Positions 42,511 through 57,663 of a stretch of 64,000 bases of DNA are shown piece by piece. This DNA comes from the human T2T-CHM13v2.0 reference genome, Homo sapiens. Every line of letters begins with the position of its first letter. Position 1 is the first letter of the stretch. The stretch lies in NCBI RefSeq assembly GCF_009914755.1, contig NC_060936.1; one strand, written 5' to 3'. The notes beneath the pieces were generated by a model. It saw only the letters and a list, made by a program, of their open reading frames with translations, searched no databases and had not been told where the DNA came from. The translations under genes were made by a program, and so were the position numbers.

Positions 42511-42961
42511 CCCCATACATGTACCTCTATGTGAATATACACATTTAGATGCAGGAGTGGGTGTAGGTGGATATAGGTACGGGTTATACATAGACAGACA
42601 CAGAGATGTATTTTTCCTCTTTAAAGAGCAAGGACTTCGGAGAAAACAGAACCAACAAACTGGAACATAGATTTAAGGAAATTACCCAGAACACAGAGAG
42701 ACAAAGCCCTGAAAAATATTCCACAGAAGTTAAGAGACATGAAGGATAAAATAGGCAGGTGTTCCATAAGGAGAGAGAAGAAGGACGAAGAGACGCAGCA
42801 TTTGAAGAGCTTAATCTAAGCATGATCTGAAGTTCATTTTTTTAAAATGCACCTTCAGATTCAAGAATTTACATCAAAACCCCAAGCAGAATTTTTCTAA
42901 GCCCGTGTCTAGATAGCACTTGGTGAGTAAATTCAAGCAAGCTTTAAAAATATAAAATAGT

Positions 42962-43380
<419 letters not shown>

Positions 43381-43599
43381 TTATGATAAATTTAATGATA
43401 ATTAAATGTACAAATATTAAAAATCAAGTGATGCTAAAATTCCAAGTAATAATAATAATATATAATTCTAACAATTTGGCATTGTGTATTTTGAGTTTAT
43501 GGTGGTTAAGTACGTATAATTTGAAATTATGTTACAGTGTCCTAATATTTAGATTTTAAAAATCAAGCATAGTACAAAAGTCATTTAAAGATACAGTTG

Positions 43600-43945
43600 T
43601 AAATGTCCTTTTCAGGGACACGGATGGAGTTGGAAGCCATTATCCTCAGCAAACTAACGCAGAAACAGAAAACCAGACACCGCATGTTTTCACTTATAAG
43701 TGGGAGCTGAAATGATGAGAACACATAGACACATGAGGAAGAACAACACACACGGAGGCTTGTTGGAGGGGGAGGTAGTGGGAGGGAGAGCATCAGAAAG
43801 AATAGCTAATGGATGCTGAGCTTCATACCTCGGTGATGGGATGATCTGGGTAGCAAACCACCATGGCACACGTTTACCTATGTAACAAACCTGCACATCC
43901 TGCACATGCACCCTGGAACTTAAAATAAAAGGTGAAGAAAAAAAT
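43600..43945 (+). mobile_element. L1PA (older primate) 3' end
   Basis: ggaagccattatcctcagcaaactaac...cacttataagtgggagct...acctatgtaacaaacctgcacatcctgcacatg...acttaaaataaaa. Confidence 0.92.
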
Positions 43946-44464
43946 ACAATGATATAGACAAAATACCAGAAAACTAATGGGAAAAGTATGTACAATAAAT
44001 GCCAACCAGGGAAAAGCTGATAAAGTTTTATTAAATATCAGAGAAAATAGTATTCTAGGCAAAAATGTTCTGGATACAAATAGAATACTAAATGAGTAAG
44101 AGACAACCTACAAGTTTGTGAGAAATTTAAAATTGTAACTAACTAAGAACATAATTTAAATGTAAGTTGCTATATGTATTGTCAGAAATATCAGGTGAAT
44201 TTGACAAACAATTATAAGAGCAGGAAGGTTTATCATACCTTACTTGGAAGTTGATGTGCCAAACGATGAAAATGAGTAAGTATAAGCACTAGTTGAGCAA
44301 ATTTTAACTAAAGGACTTATATACAACCCATTCCCTTAAATGAAAGAATATGCATTTCCTCTAAACACAAAATATCATTTCTAATGATATAAAAAATCTT
44401 TAAACAATTAATATAAAACAAAACACTTTTTTGAGCAGTTGATTTCATCCATATAAATATTCTT

Positions 44465-44680
44465 TTTATTTATTTATTTATCTAACTTTTATTTTAAGTT
44501 CAGGATTGCATGTGCAGGTTTATTATATAAGTAAATTTGCATCATGGGGGTTTGTTGTATAGACTATTTTATAATCACACAGGTATTAAGCCTAATAGCC
44601 ATTCGTTGCTTTGCCTGACTCCCTCCCTCCTCCCATCCTTCACCCTTTGGTAGGCCAGAGTGTGTTGTTCCCCTCTATGA
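44465..44680 (-). mobile_element. L1PA 3' end fragment
   Basis: aacttttattttaagttcagg...catgtgcaggtt...tgtgttgttcccctctatg. Confidence 0.85.
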
Positions 44681-44684
44681 AGAC

Positions 44685-44952
44685 TTTTTTTTTTTCTATT
44701 TGAGACAGGGTCTTACTCTGTCACCCAGGCTGGAGTGCAGTGGTGCCACATTGGCTCACTACAGCCTCAATCTCCTGGGCTTAGGTGATCCTCCCACCTC
44801 AGCCTACCAAGTGGCTGGGATTACAGGGCCATGCCATCACACCCAGCTAATTCTGTATTTTTTGTAGCGATGGGGTTTTGCTATATTGCCCAAGTTGGTC
44901 TTGAACTCCCGGGCTCAAGTGATCCCCCTGCCTCAAACCTCCCAAAGTGCTG
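44685..44952 (-). mobile_element. AluJ, slightly 5'-truncated
   Basis: gagacagggtcttactctgtcacccaggctggagtgcagtgg...gggctcaagtgatcc...cccaaagtgctg. Confidence 0.9.
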
Positions 44953-45823
44953 AAAACACATTTTTAAATCAGAAAATATTAAAAGTAAACCAAATCTTCA
45001 TAGATTTGGAATTTATATAAAACAGGAAACTATAATAAAAATGAGAAACATTTAGAGTTGAACCACAATGAAAACAAGGCCGATAGATCCTGGGACAGGC
45101 ACTGAAACGGTGTGTAGAGGACACATCACCATACGTGCATTCTGGAAGTGAGAATTTTAAAAAATAGAACAAAAGAGCAACAGTGAGTAGAAAAAAGAAA
45201 AGAATTAGAAATAGAGAAATTAGTTCGAAGGAAATCACAGGGGCAATTGAGAGAACCAATAAAACCATCACGGAATCTTTGAAGAAACCAAGGAAACAGT
45301 GAAACCATTTGAATGACTGAACAAAAGAAACCATGTGTGTGTATGTGTGTGCGCGTGTGGTGTGCATGTGTGTGCGTGTGGTGTGCATGTGTGTATATGT
45401 GTGTGTGCGCCTGTGTGCGTGCGTGTGCCTGTGTGTGTTTAATAATAAAGGTAAAGACAAGAGAAGAGACAGCTGTAAATAAATTATCGTCTTTGGAGAA
45501 GATCAGAGATAGTTTTCCTTCTCATTCTTGAACTTCCTTCTCAGCTTCAGTAAGAATGGTGACTCTCTTACAGGCCACGTGTGAAGGAATTAAACTTCTA
45601 TTTCGTTCAGCCCTTCTAAAAAACAAATAAGTAATCCCTATATGAGAGACAAAGCTAATAAAATGTGTGGCATTATGGAATGATTGAGATCACATCTGGT
45701 ATTAGGAAAGGAATTAATTATTAGAAAAATAGGCAAACACTGGCCTTTGCAAACTTATCTCTACTGTAAGAACCTATAAAAACAAAGGTAATGTTGTCAG
45801 AACTCCTGAGCCAGCATTAATGA

Positions 45824-46134
<311 letters not shown>

Positions 46135-46928
46135 TACTAATGAGTTTCTGATAGAAAATTTGTCTTGCAACCAAATCAGGTTGTGTGTGGCCTTCCCCTT
46201 CTTTGTGACCTTCCTGTGCTCACGTGAACCTGCACGTGCTCTGGTGCCCACACTCCGCCCTTTATGTATTAACAGGAGGAGAGCTTTTATGGTGGAGATA
46301 AAGATTGAAGAGAAAAGGGTTAGCAAGACTTGAATGAAAAGAATTTAGTAGTAAGAATAATTTTAAAATATCCAATCTGATCATTTTTACAATATCAAAT
46401 TTGGTCCATTTGCTCTTATGTGCAGGGGCTATACAGATGTTTGTTTTTCTGAACAAGAAGGATTTATAAGAAAGTTATTAACTTATTAACATTTATAATA
46501 ATATTGTTATTATTTTAAGTGCCCATTAGGCCACATGTCTAAAAAATAATAATAATTTATCTCCAATCTTTACAAAATCACAGCAAGGGAGATATTGTTA
46601 TCCCCATTTCACAGGTGTGAAAGCTTGAGGCACTCACTAGTTATAGCAGAGCCAGGATTCTCAGCCATGTCCCTCCAGAACTAAAGTCTAGTTCTTTAAA
46701 ATTCATTGTTATCTTTCCAATTAGAGGGAAAAAATGTGTAGACTGACAGGTGACTTCTCAACCAAAATAATTGAAAGTATCTCAGCAAAAATATTCTTTA
46801 AGAATGATAGTGAAATAAAGACATTTCAGACAAAGAGAAACTGTCTTTGTTACCAGAAGACCCAGATTAAAGAAAATATCAAGGGTTGTTATTCAGGAAG
46901 AATGAAATAATCCCAAATCTTGGCCAAA

Positions 46929-46960
<32 letters not shown>

Positions 46961-47784
46961 ACACCCTGAACCCCAAAACAATAACAATAACAAAAAACCA
47001 AGAAGGAATTAAATCACCACAAAGGGTGAATATGCAGAATGAATAATGACCACATAAAACAGTAACACAAATACAAATAGTCATGTGAGAAATTTAATGC
47101 ACACATAAACAGAATTAACATGCATGGCAAAATGACATTTAATTCAAAAAGTGCATAAATGAAGTTAAACAATTCTAAGATTTTTGCTTTTTCCTGGAAA
47201 AGAAGAAAAGCCACAATTAATGTAACCTTTAATATGTCAGTTATCCATATTGCAATCTTTAAGATAATCCCTTAGAAAGAGTAATATTATTTATAATTTC
47301 CTAATTCATAGGGAAAATATGTAAATAAACATTTTCTAATTTGGAATAAGAAAAGACAAAACAGGCAAGACAAACTGAAAAACAAAAGCAGAGTAAGCTG
47401 ACAGCCCAAATATATTAAGAATTGCATTACGTATAAGGAGACTGAATCTAACAAAACAAATATAAGCATCTCTTTGGATTAAAATAAATGTATATTTATA
47501 GGAGATTCACTTCAAACAGAGACAGAGGAAGATTGAAAAAATTAGACTATGCAAGCCATACCGAAGAAAGATTTTGTGTCCAGAAAAATATCTGACAAAT
47601 TAGTCTTTAAGATAAAATGTACAACTAGAGATAAAGAGACTTTATAAAAGTTTAAAATCATTGAGAAGATAGAATGATTCTCAATGTGCTTGCACCTAAA
47701 TGGTTTAGCCTCAAAAGGTGGTTATTTTGGGTGACATTGATTATATGCTTCTATATGTATTCTGCTTTATGTTTTTAAATCTAT

Positions 47785-48142
47785 GTCTATTAGTCTGTTT
47801 TCACACTACCGTAAAGATACTACCTGAGACTGGGTTATTTATAAAGGAAAGAGGTTTAATTGACTCAGTTCCACATGGCTGGGGAGGCCTCAGGAAACTT
47901 ACGCTCATGGCGGAAGGCGAAGGGGAAGCAAGGACTTTCTTCACATGGTGGCAGGAGAGAGAAGTGTGAGTGCAGGAAAACTGCCATTTATAAAACCACC
48001 AGATCTCATGAGAACTCGCTCACTATCATGAGAACAGCATGGGGAAACCAGCCTCATGATCCAATCACCTCCTTCCCTTGACATGTGGGGATTACAATTT
48101 GGGATGACATTTGGGTGAGAACCCAGAGCCAAACCATATCAC
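47785..48142 (-). mobile_element. MST/THE1-family MaLR LTR
   Basis: tattagtctgttttcacact...ataaaggaaagaggtttaattgactca...catggctggggaggcctcaggaaactta...cagagccaaaccatatca. Confidence 0.9.
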
Positions 48143-49084
48143 TGTATTTTTAATTGTTTACAATAAATATATGAGGAACTGCTATAGGATTAAATAGAAA
48201 CTACTCATATTTGTTCAACGTGCAATTAACCCCTAGCGAGCACTCAATACATGGTAACTGGCATCGTCACACATATCTCCATCACCATTAACCTTTTCGT
48301 AATCGAAACAGAACAATGGTCAAATAGGAAAAAGTAGGAACTGGAGTCCTGCAGAGTCGATTGTTTTTACTATAATTTAGTCATAAAAGCAAAGCATGAG
48401 AGTCATTTGTCTCACCCGGCATTTATAAACCATCCTCCCTGAGACATTTAGGGCTCATCAGATGCAAGTCATGGAAGATACAAAAATATAACCACTATTT
48501 AGTATTTCCATCACTGCTGTAGGCCCTGTCTTTGATCCGGTTAGGCTTAGTTGTGTTTCTAGAACTCCAAGTACCTGATCGTATCTTGGGGTCATGTGAG
48601 GGAGATTTGGCCTTGAGGAGAGGGGCTTCACAGGCCAGCTGTTTATTGTTACTCTCCCACGGAATTCAGTCCGGAGCCCAGAGCCTAGGTTTCCATGAGG
48701 AACTCCTGACATCTGCTGGCCAGTGTGCTCCTGGTCTGTACACTGCATGCTGAGAGCCAGAGAATGTTCACTCAAGACAGTACCTCTGTGTTGGGTTTTT
48801 TTAACACTTAGAAAACTTTATTATAGTGTTTATCTCAAATAAAGAATTTAAAAATTCAACTATTAAAAGGCCAGGCATTCTCTAATATTCATGAACTATA
48901 AGTAGAAATGATAAGGAAAATAAATGTCCAAACACGCAAATAACCATCAGGCTAAAGTAAGAATTAATATCCCAATTACGAGCCATTTAGGAATTAACAA
49001 AAATGGCATTGCCTGTCAAATTATAGCAAGGCAACGAAACTGCAGCCAGAGGCAGGCTCATAAGACTAAAAAACTGATAGATAT

Positions 49085-49330
49085 TTTTTTTGTTTAGTTA
49101 CATGGATAAGTTCTTTGGTGGTAATTTCTGAGCTTTTAGTGCACCCGTCACCCTAGCAGTGTACACAGCACCCAATATGTAGTCTTGTATCCCTCACTCC
49201 ACCTCCCGATGTTCCCTGAGTCCCCAAAGTCCTTATGTCATCCTTATGCCTTTGCATCCTCATAGCTTAGCTCTCACTTATAAGTGAGAACATACGGTAT
49301 TTGGTTTTCCATTCCTGAGTTACTTCACTT
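49085..49330 (-). mobile_element. L1PB 3' end fragment
   Basis: ataagttctttggtggtaatttctgag...ttatgcctttgcatcctcatagcttagctc.cacttataagtgagaacatac. Confidence 0.85.
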
Positions 49331-49630
49331 ACACATTTGAGAGAAATCACAGCTCAATTCACCCTTCAGGCTCATGAGTCCAGAAGTTTTTGCGCAGCCA
49401 AATTGAAAAAAAAATGACATCTATAAAGTGAGTGGAAGCCCTAATGGGAGATTTGCATAAAGGGTAGGAGCCTGGATATTGAAGTCTGTCTCATAAACCT
49501 GTGCTCACCTCCTAGTGGTACATCTGTATCCCAGCTAAATAACACCTTTGTGCCTCAGTTTCCTTGTCTGTGAAATGGGGCTGAAAATATGACCTACATG
49601 ATAAGATTATTATGGGATGGAAGTAGTTAA

Positions 49631-49633
<3 letters not shown>

Positions 49634-49681
<48 letters not shown>
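49634..49681. repeat. Pure (AT)24 microsatellite inside a MIR
   Basis: Directly visible; MIR core gtgcctcagtttccttgtctgtgaaatgggg lies upstream. Confidence 0.97.
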
Positions 49682-49684
<3 letters not shown>

Positions 49685-52094
49685 AGAACAGTTCCTTGCA
49701 AAGAACAATTTCTTAATATGTGAGCGTTGTTATTAAACCCTAAAATTGTGACTCATACAATTTAATAAAGCTACTAATCAATCTAATTTACTGCACATGT
49801 ATTTTAAAAATCCCTAACAAATTATGGGGGCTATTTGCATTCTGCCAGCACTGCAGGAAGCTGCAGATAGCTCTGGAAAATAGTAAATGTGCTGTGTAGA
49901 ACAACTTCTTTTATAACCTGCTTTTATTCTAAAATATGAGAAGGCCTGGGTGTAAATATGGTGAGAAGCCTTTTATTGTTCCTATTAACGTGAAAATGAG
50001 CTTGTGTAATGCACTCTGATTGTGTCTAAATCATCCCCGCTCCTGGTCAGTTTCACATCGTCTCAGACAAAGAATACTGGGCCTTCTACAGTAATCACAC
50101 ATTAATAGGCATGCATTAGTTGTGGCACAAAGAGCTTTTTTAGTGGATTAATTGAAAGTCTCCCTGTGCAAGCTTGAGAACCTCAGCTAGTGACATTGAA
50201 CATGCACTCTTACAATTAATGATGAATAATAAAAGCTAAATAGTGTCATGGATCCCACTGCCAACATTTTGCTTAGGAAAGTCACCAGCCTGAGCCATTC
50301 TCATGTCATAACTTGGAACCCCACGGATGGGCTGAAGCATGGATCCTATATGCAAGCCAAGGAGGTTTAAACGCTGGTTCTGCTAGCTACTAGCTGTATG
50401 ACCTGGTGGGAGTCAGGGGTGCTCTCTGAGGATCAGTTTCTTCATCTGCAAAATGGGAATTACAGAAAGAGTGCCTATCTCGTTCAGTCACTGTGAGGAC
50501 AAAGTGAACCAGCTTGTGTGTGAATGCACCCCGTAGAACCTGGCATGTAAAGAGTGCAAAGTAAGTGTTAGTTATTATTATTATTATTATTAGTTTATTA
50601 GTTGGGTCCTCACAGGAAACACATGGTATACTCAAAATGGGACTGAATTTAATAAATTTAATAAAGATAGTACTTCAATAGATTGGACAACATTAAATAA
50701 ATGGGAGATGGCACTGCACCCAGGTCCTAGCAACAGTGGGAAGCCATTACACTAACTCCGTACCACTACTCCAACCAAACGAACAAGAGGAGGGGACAGT
50801 TGCCACACCACACAGGAGCTTTGGCATTAAGAAGACCTTGGCATTTGAAGCCATGGAAGCTGTGGCCTCCATAAAAGGAACACAGACGATGCCAAGTCTT
50901 GGAGAGCAGGGAGAGAGGGAGGGTAATAAATCTCTTGACTTCTCTCTTCTTTTGACCCTGAAAACCCAGCATCTCCAATCAGAAAATCTAACCAGAAGCC
51001 AGAGAGCAGAGGAAGCCAGGTGCTGCGATATGAAAAGGTCAGCCTACAGGTTAGAGTAGTGCAGGGTGCACTAGGGTTAGGAATAGATTTGGAGGGGAGA
51101 TTGGCAAATATCAGTCCCCAAGGAGAGTGGTCTTAGGGCAATCTATATTATGCATGCGATCAGTATGAATAAACTGAGCAAATATTACCAATATAGCTGC
51201 ATACCCCACTGCCAAGAAACACTAAGGGAACAAATATAACTGTGGAAGTGACTCAGTGCCTTTGAGTCTGGTTCTGGACTGTGAACAGGAAGAGTGATAA
51301 TCCTAACAAAAACAACTTGAATAAAAATAGTAACAGCAACTGGCATTTCTATAATACTTGGTAATTTTCAAGCCGCTTTCATGTATATAACCACATTTCA
51401 GCCTTGTAATAACTCTATTGGAAGGTAGGTATTTATTTCCATTTTAAAATGAGAAGTGTTTAGTTTTCAAAATCCCTTGTGCAATTCTTGCTTAAATTTC
51501 CAAGAGAATGCATGAAAAATGTTGATATTACATGTTAGTGTTCAGGAATACAAGATGTGGAATTTACTTGTTTTACTCAAGTCATGTGTTGTGAGGCTTG
51601 TAATGTGTCAAGCTCTGTTCTAGACACTGGGGATCCAGCAGTGACAAAAACAAAGCCCTGCATGTTTTTGAGCTGCAGTTACTTTGGAAGAGCCTGGAAG
51701 TCCTTCAAGAAGTTAAAAGAGTTGTTTATGTCCCAATAGAAATGAAAACATGTATCCACACAAAACCTTGGACATAAATATTCACAGCAGAATTGCTCAT
51801 GATCGCCAAAGTGTGGAAATAGCCCAAATGCCTATCAGCTGAAAGATACATAAAATCGTATATCCATACAGTTAAATATTACCTAGCAATAAAAAGGAAT
51901 GAAACACTGATTTATGCTACAGGAAAGAATCTTTAAATTATTACACTAAGTGAGAGAAGCCAGTCACAAAAAATTACTTATTATATGATTCCATGTGTAT
52001 GAAAGATCCAGATTACGCAAATCTAGAGAAAAATGTAGATTAATGGTTATTTAGGGCAGGAGTGATGAGTGAATGAGAAGATTGGGAGTGACAG

Positions 52095-53064
52095 TGATAG
52101 CAGCAGGAGGCAGCCAAATGCCCAGACAGACAGGGGTGGGAGCCCATGACCCCATCTCCAAGCCGAAGACAGTTGAAAGCCTGAAAGCCAGGCTACAAGT
52201 TAAATCCTTGGACTGGATTGAGAACTTGTCTTCCTGTTTGGCACACTTTCCTCTGATTCATGCCCACCCTTCACCTATTTTACATATAGCTACCCTTGCC
52301 TAATTGGTTTTCTACACTATCATGCCAACCTTTGGATGGTGTCTTCACTTTAACCTTTTTTGCATACTCACAAACCAATCAGCACACACTCCCCATCCTG
52401 TGCCTATAAAGTTCCCAGACTCAGTCAGTAGAGGAAAATATGGCCTGACTTCAGGGAAGGAGATGGCCTGACTTTAGGGAAGAGACAACCTGACTTTGGG
52501 GAAGGGACAACCTGACTTCAGGGAAGACGACCTGCCCTTCCTGTCCCCTCTCCAGCTTCCCTCTCCACTGAGAGCTGTTTTCTTCACTCAATAAAATTCT
52601 GCACCTCCACCATCCTTCAATTGTCTGCATGACTTCATTCTTCTTGGATGTCAGACAAGAGCTCAGGACCCACTGAGTGTGGGTACCCAGAAAGGCTGTC
52701 ACACAAGCCCTTTGCCTTTGCTGGCAGAGGGCAACCACCCCATGGATGAGGCAAGGGGCCAACTGAGCTGCTAACACCCTGTGGACGGCTGAACTAAAGG
52801 AGCTCTGCAACACCTCCTCTCAGGCTTCAGGGTCATGGGCACCCTCACCTGGGCGCTGCCACATTCCCCTGAAGGTGACATGCCTGGACTGGCCCCAGGT
52901 CTCACTCAGAGCTTGCTCCTGTGTTGATGCCCAAAGCAGTCAGCCAGATCTCGTTGTTGCTCACTCACTTGTTCCCTTCTGCAGAGGGTTGAGCATGGCA
53001 GACTGAGTAGATGGGCATCCCTTCCACGAGTCTGGCAAAGTGGGCAGAGAAAAATCCTGCATCA
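52095..53064 (+). mobile_element. Full-length solo ERV1 LTR (LTR28/LTR1/MER52 group)
   Basis: tgatagcagcaggaggcagccaaatgcc...aaaatcctgcatca with exact 4-bp TSD acag (52091-52094 and 53065-53068); TATA-like cctataaa near 52404 and AATAAA near 52590. Confidence 0.85.
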
Positions 53065-53200
53065 ACAGCTAAATGATGTGGGGTTTAATTTTAGGGTAAT
53101 GAAAATGTTCTAAAATTGGTCATGTGATGAATGCATAACTCTGTGGATATACTAAAAGCCAATTGCATTGCAATGAATTGCATGTTATGTGAATTATATC

Positions 53201-53385
<185 letters not shown>

Positions 53386-53527
53386 TGAATTATATCTTAA
53401 TAAGGCTTTTCTTTTCAACGCACTGCCCCTTGAAGCCTGAGATTTTTATCTAGTGAGATATTGACACTTTTAGCCAAACTTCTCTTGGTAAACCTCATAT
53501 ACTGTACTTGACCCAGTATATAATAAT

Positions 53528-53931
53528 TGTGAGATATTTTGGATGTTCGTCCCCACCCAGATCTCATGTTGAATTGTAATCCTCAGTGCTAGAGGTGGGG
53601 CCTGGTGGGAGGTTTTTGGGTCATGGGTGTGGATCCCACATGGCTTGGTGCTGTTTTCATGATAGTGAGTTCTCAGGAGATCTGCTCATTTAAAAGTGTA
53701 TGGCACCTCCCCCTGCCAACTCTCTCTTGCTCCTGCTTTCACCATGTAAAACCCTGCTCCCACTTCACCTTCTGCCATGATTGCAAGCGTCCTGAGGCCT
53801 CTGCAGATGCTAATGCCAGAGCTATGCTTCCTGTACAGCCTGCAGAAGTGTGAGACAATTAAACCTCTTTTCTTTATAAATTACCCAATCTTGGGTATTT
53901 CTTTATAGCAATGCAAGAATGGCCTAATACA
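53528..53931 (+). mobile_element. MSTB-like MaLR LTR
   Basis: atctcatgttgaattgtaatcc...gaggtggggcctggtgggagg...caattaaacctcttttctttataaattaccca...gcaatgcaagaatggcctaataca. Confidence 0.9.
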
Positions 53932-55189
53932 AGTTGGATTAGAATTTTTACATAAGCAATCACCTTGGATGTCCTGCTGAGCTGTATCTTTCTGGAGGCA
54001 TTTATAAGAAAAAGTGAACACACACACACGTATTCCTAGACCTGATTCTTCCTCCAACTTTACATCAATTTCAAATTAATAGAACTATGATTTGTTGAGA
54101 TGATTAGGAACCTTTGCAGGAAAACAACTTACTGAGCAATGCATGTTCCTTCGATATTCTCATCAGCTTCATTTCCAAAGAAAAGGTGACTATTCTTTTC
54201 ATGTGCTCTTCGCTTTGTTTTATTTTATTCTTTGATGCTAAAAATTAAAATGCCTTCAACTTTTGTGCCAATGTCTTTGTAGATTGTATCACTTGCCTTG
54301 CTTAGAGATAAAACATACCTGTGTCTCTGGTCTTGGGAAAATCTGAAAGCCCAGGGCTGCTCCCCAGAGCTAAGCTTTTATAGGCACATCTCCCTTTCAC
54401 TGCCCTGGAAAATCATACTCAGGCCACCATCTCCCCCAGTCATAGGGATTGCATCTTAATGCCTACAAATAGCCCGCCCTGTTGGATCCTCTTCCTTTGG
54501 GGGGTTTGGGATAAGAAGATGGGCACTTTCTCTCCCTTTGAAGGGAATAGAGGTAACAGCACAATTGATTTTTCAAAGATAATATACCTCCAAGAATCTT
54601 TCTTCCTCACCTCTCAAAGCTTCTAAAGTCTTAAAGCAAATAAAAGATTTCAATAATTGTGAAAAAAAAGTATTATTTCTTTTGAAAAACCCATGCATAG
54701 CAGATTCAGGATACTATTTCAGAATTTCTCATCTTTCTTGATACGTGGTTGGAACCTGAGTTTGGCATCATTGTGTGCATCTGTTTCTGCATGTTGATCT
54801 GTCTGTGCAGCTGGGAACGGGGGAGTGCAGACTGTGGGTGGGTTTCCATGGGGGTCTGTGTGAGCATAGGGCCCATAGACTGTGGAGGGACTTAGGAAAG
54901 GCAGGAAATGCTCCTTTTCGATTCCCCACCAACAGGGGACCTGTCAAATCCAGGGCAGTAATAAAATCCATCAAGTTGGAAGTTCTCCTTCAAGAGCCAT
55001 GGAAATGTGAGTGAAGTATCTGTCTGATCCTCAGGGCAGTCCATCGTATATGATCTCATTATGCAGGACTCACAAGCCCTGTGTCCACTGCCAGACAGAG
55101 AGGTCCTACGGAGCAACAAAGGTGTTCTACTTCTTCATATTCTATTTTCTTTAGCCTCTACTTGGGCCCTAGCCCAGGAATAAATGCAC

Positions 55190-55700
55190 AATGGATGCAG
55201 AGAGTGGAATAATAGCTTTGAATGAAAATATTCATCCAGAAAAAAAGAAAGATACCATAATCAATGAACTAAATATTCATGCCATGATGTTATTTTCAAA
55301 AACCAGCAAGTCGCAGAAAGTAACTTCTCTTAAAAGTAGAAAATACCGAAGGAAGAAAATAAGGACAGAAATATGTGAAATAGAAACGAAATATACAATA
55401 GAAAAAATCATCAAATGCAAAAGGTATTTCATTGAGAAGACTAATGAAATTGATTTGAATCTAGGAAGACTGATGAAGGAAAGTAAGAGAATGAATAAAT
55501 TGCAAATATTGACAATGAAGATAGGGCATCATTAAAGATCCTATGCACATTTAAAATAAGAAATGTATAATATAAACAATATTATTTTTAAAGAAAAAAA
55601 TTCAGGTAATAGCCAAATTCCTAGAAAACTACTGAGAATATATAATGAATCTGATACAAGAAGGAGAAAATTGGACTATATCTGTGTTTAATAAATGAAG
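55190..55700 (+). mobile_element. Old L1 ORF2 linker-region fragment
   Basis: ORF 55191-55535 KIRTEICEIETKYTIEKIIKCKRYFIEKTNEIDLNLGRL parallels L1 ORF2p [39 protein letters not shown]. Confidence 0.85.
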
Positions 55701-55719
55701 TGCATGAATTTTCCTTAGA

Positions 55720-56150
55720 GCCTTATCTAAGCTAGCCCTAATTCCCTAATTATCTTCTATTATATCATCCAGTTTTATTTTTATAGCAGTTATCACTACC
55801 TAAAATTATATCATCGTCTATATATCTACTGCCTGTTTCCTTTCACAAAAATATAACTCTTTTTAGAGTCTTGGGACATTTTGGATATGCTTTATTGTTG
55901 ATTTTAGGCAGTAGAGAAATCAGCTATATTTTTTATGGGCAGATAGTCTATTTTTTAAATCTCCAGACTATGTGTTTATGTCATTATATTTATTATAAAC
56001 ATCTATTTAAAAGTATTTTATGTTGATCCTATTGAAAAATTAAGTAATAGGGGATGAGAATCCTCTCTGTCTTGATCAACTCCACAATACTGGTATCTAG
56101 AGTAAGACTGACTCACATTAAGTACTCAAAAATAATGTTTAAACAAACAA
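55720..56150 (+). mobile_element. L2 3' end interrupted by a templated insertion at 55872-56049
   Basis: ttttatagcagttatcactacctaaaattata...aatataactct [insert] gggatgagaatcctctctgtcttgatca...tctagagtaagactgactcacattaagtactcaaaaataatgttt. Confidence 0.7.
55872..56049 (+). repeat. Direct copy (about 75%) of 58441-58624
   Basis: Colinear shared blocks ctttattgttg, gaaatcag, atgggcagata, tttttaaatct, actatgtg, tatttatta and ttgaaaaattaagtaata. Confidence 0.9.
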
Positions 56151-57367
56151 AGGCACACAGGAAGAAATAAATGTATCCATATTGTAAATAATTTCACCAT
56201 CTGAGAAATTTTTATGGCAAGAAATCTTGTTACCAGTATACAATGGTGACCACAAATATAGAAATGAGAAAATTCCACCCAAAGAGGTGACTTTCAGAGA
56301 TTCTTTCTTCTCCCTCTCTTCTACATTTCTTGAAGTTTCCTTCCAAAATATTCTCTCGTAAATTTTTGAATATATTAGATTTTTTAATACTTCATGACAT
56401 TAAGCCCCTTTCTCACCAGACTACTGGTGTCTCCAAGTCTGTCTCTGTCAGGAACTCCTGGGGGTCCCAGTGAAAAGGGTCCTCACCAGCATCACCCTGG
56501 CCTGTGAACTCACAGGATCAACAGTCAGAAGGTGACAGATGGAAGATGTGGCTTCCTGAGTTCTCCTGTAGGGCTGCACTTCATAAAGTCATAGGGGAAG
56601 GCTGCTAACATTGAGACGTTTTAGCGTCTATTCTGAACTGTGGTTCTCACAATTCAGGACCAAAGTTGGGCTCTGTGTGTCAAGTTATCTGCATAGAAAA
56701 GCCATCCTGGTGTTCAATGAGGAAAGAAGAGAAATTAGCAAAAATATACGGTCAGGTCTTAGTATTAAGAATTGTATTCTCTCCCTACAAAGGCTACCTG
56801 AGAATATCCAGAGACTACAGAGGTCATCAAGTTGACGCATCAATGTTTACATGTAAGTCATCCAAGATTTATCTCACTAGTTTGTGAATACTATACCCCT
56901 ACCCTTTTGTCTCTATTTTGCTTTAGAAATATTTCCAATAAACCAATTTATGAAGGAGGGTCCAGAGGAGGAAAAGGCCAACCTTCAGCACTGCATTCCA
57001 TTTCTGGCCATATTCCCAGAAATTATAATTATAACCCAAAACAACAATCCACTCATTAACATCTGCAAAAAGCATGCAGTTCAGGATGAAGTTTCTAAAT
57101 TGCCTTCAGCCAGAGGACTCTCCAAACCACTTCATTGTCATGATCAACATGGAAAATCAACTTTCAGAGCAGTCAGAAGAATGTACATATTCTTTTCTAA
57201 ATATTGCGAATATTTAAATATTTTATTGAATATCCTAATAGCATATTTTGAATGTTTTTTTTTTCTGGAATACATTTGAGTATACAGAGTTTCATGATTT
57301 AGTCATAAACACTAAAAGAAAACAATTATGGCACTTGTCAAATAAATACATAGAACAATTACGCTAG

Positions 57368-57663
<296 letters not shown>

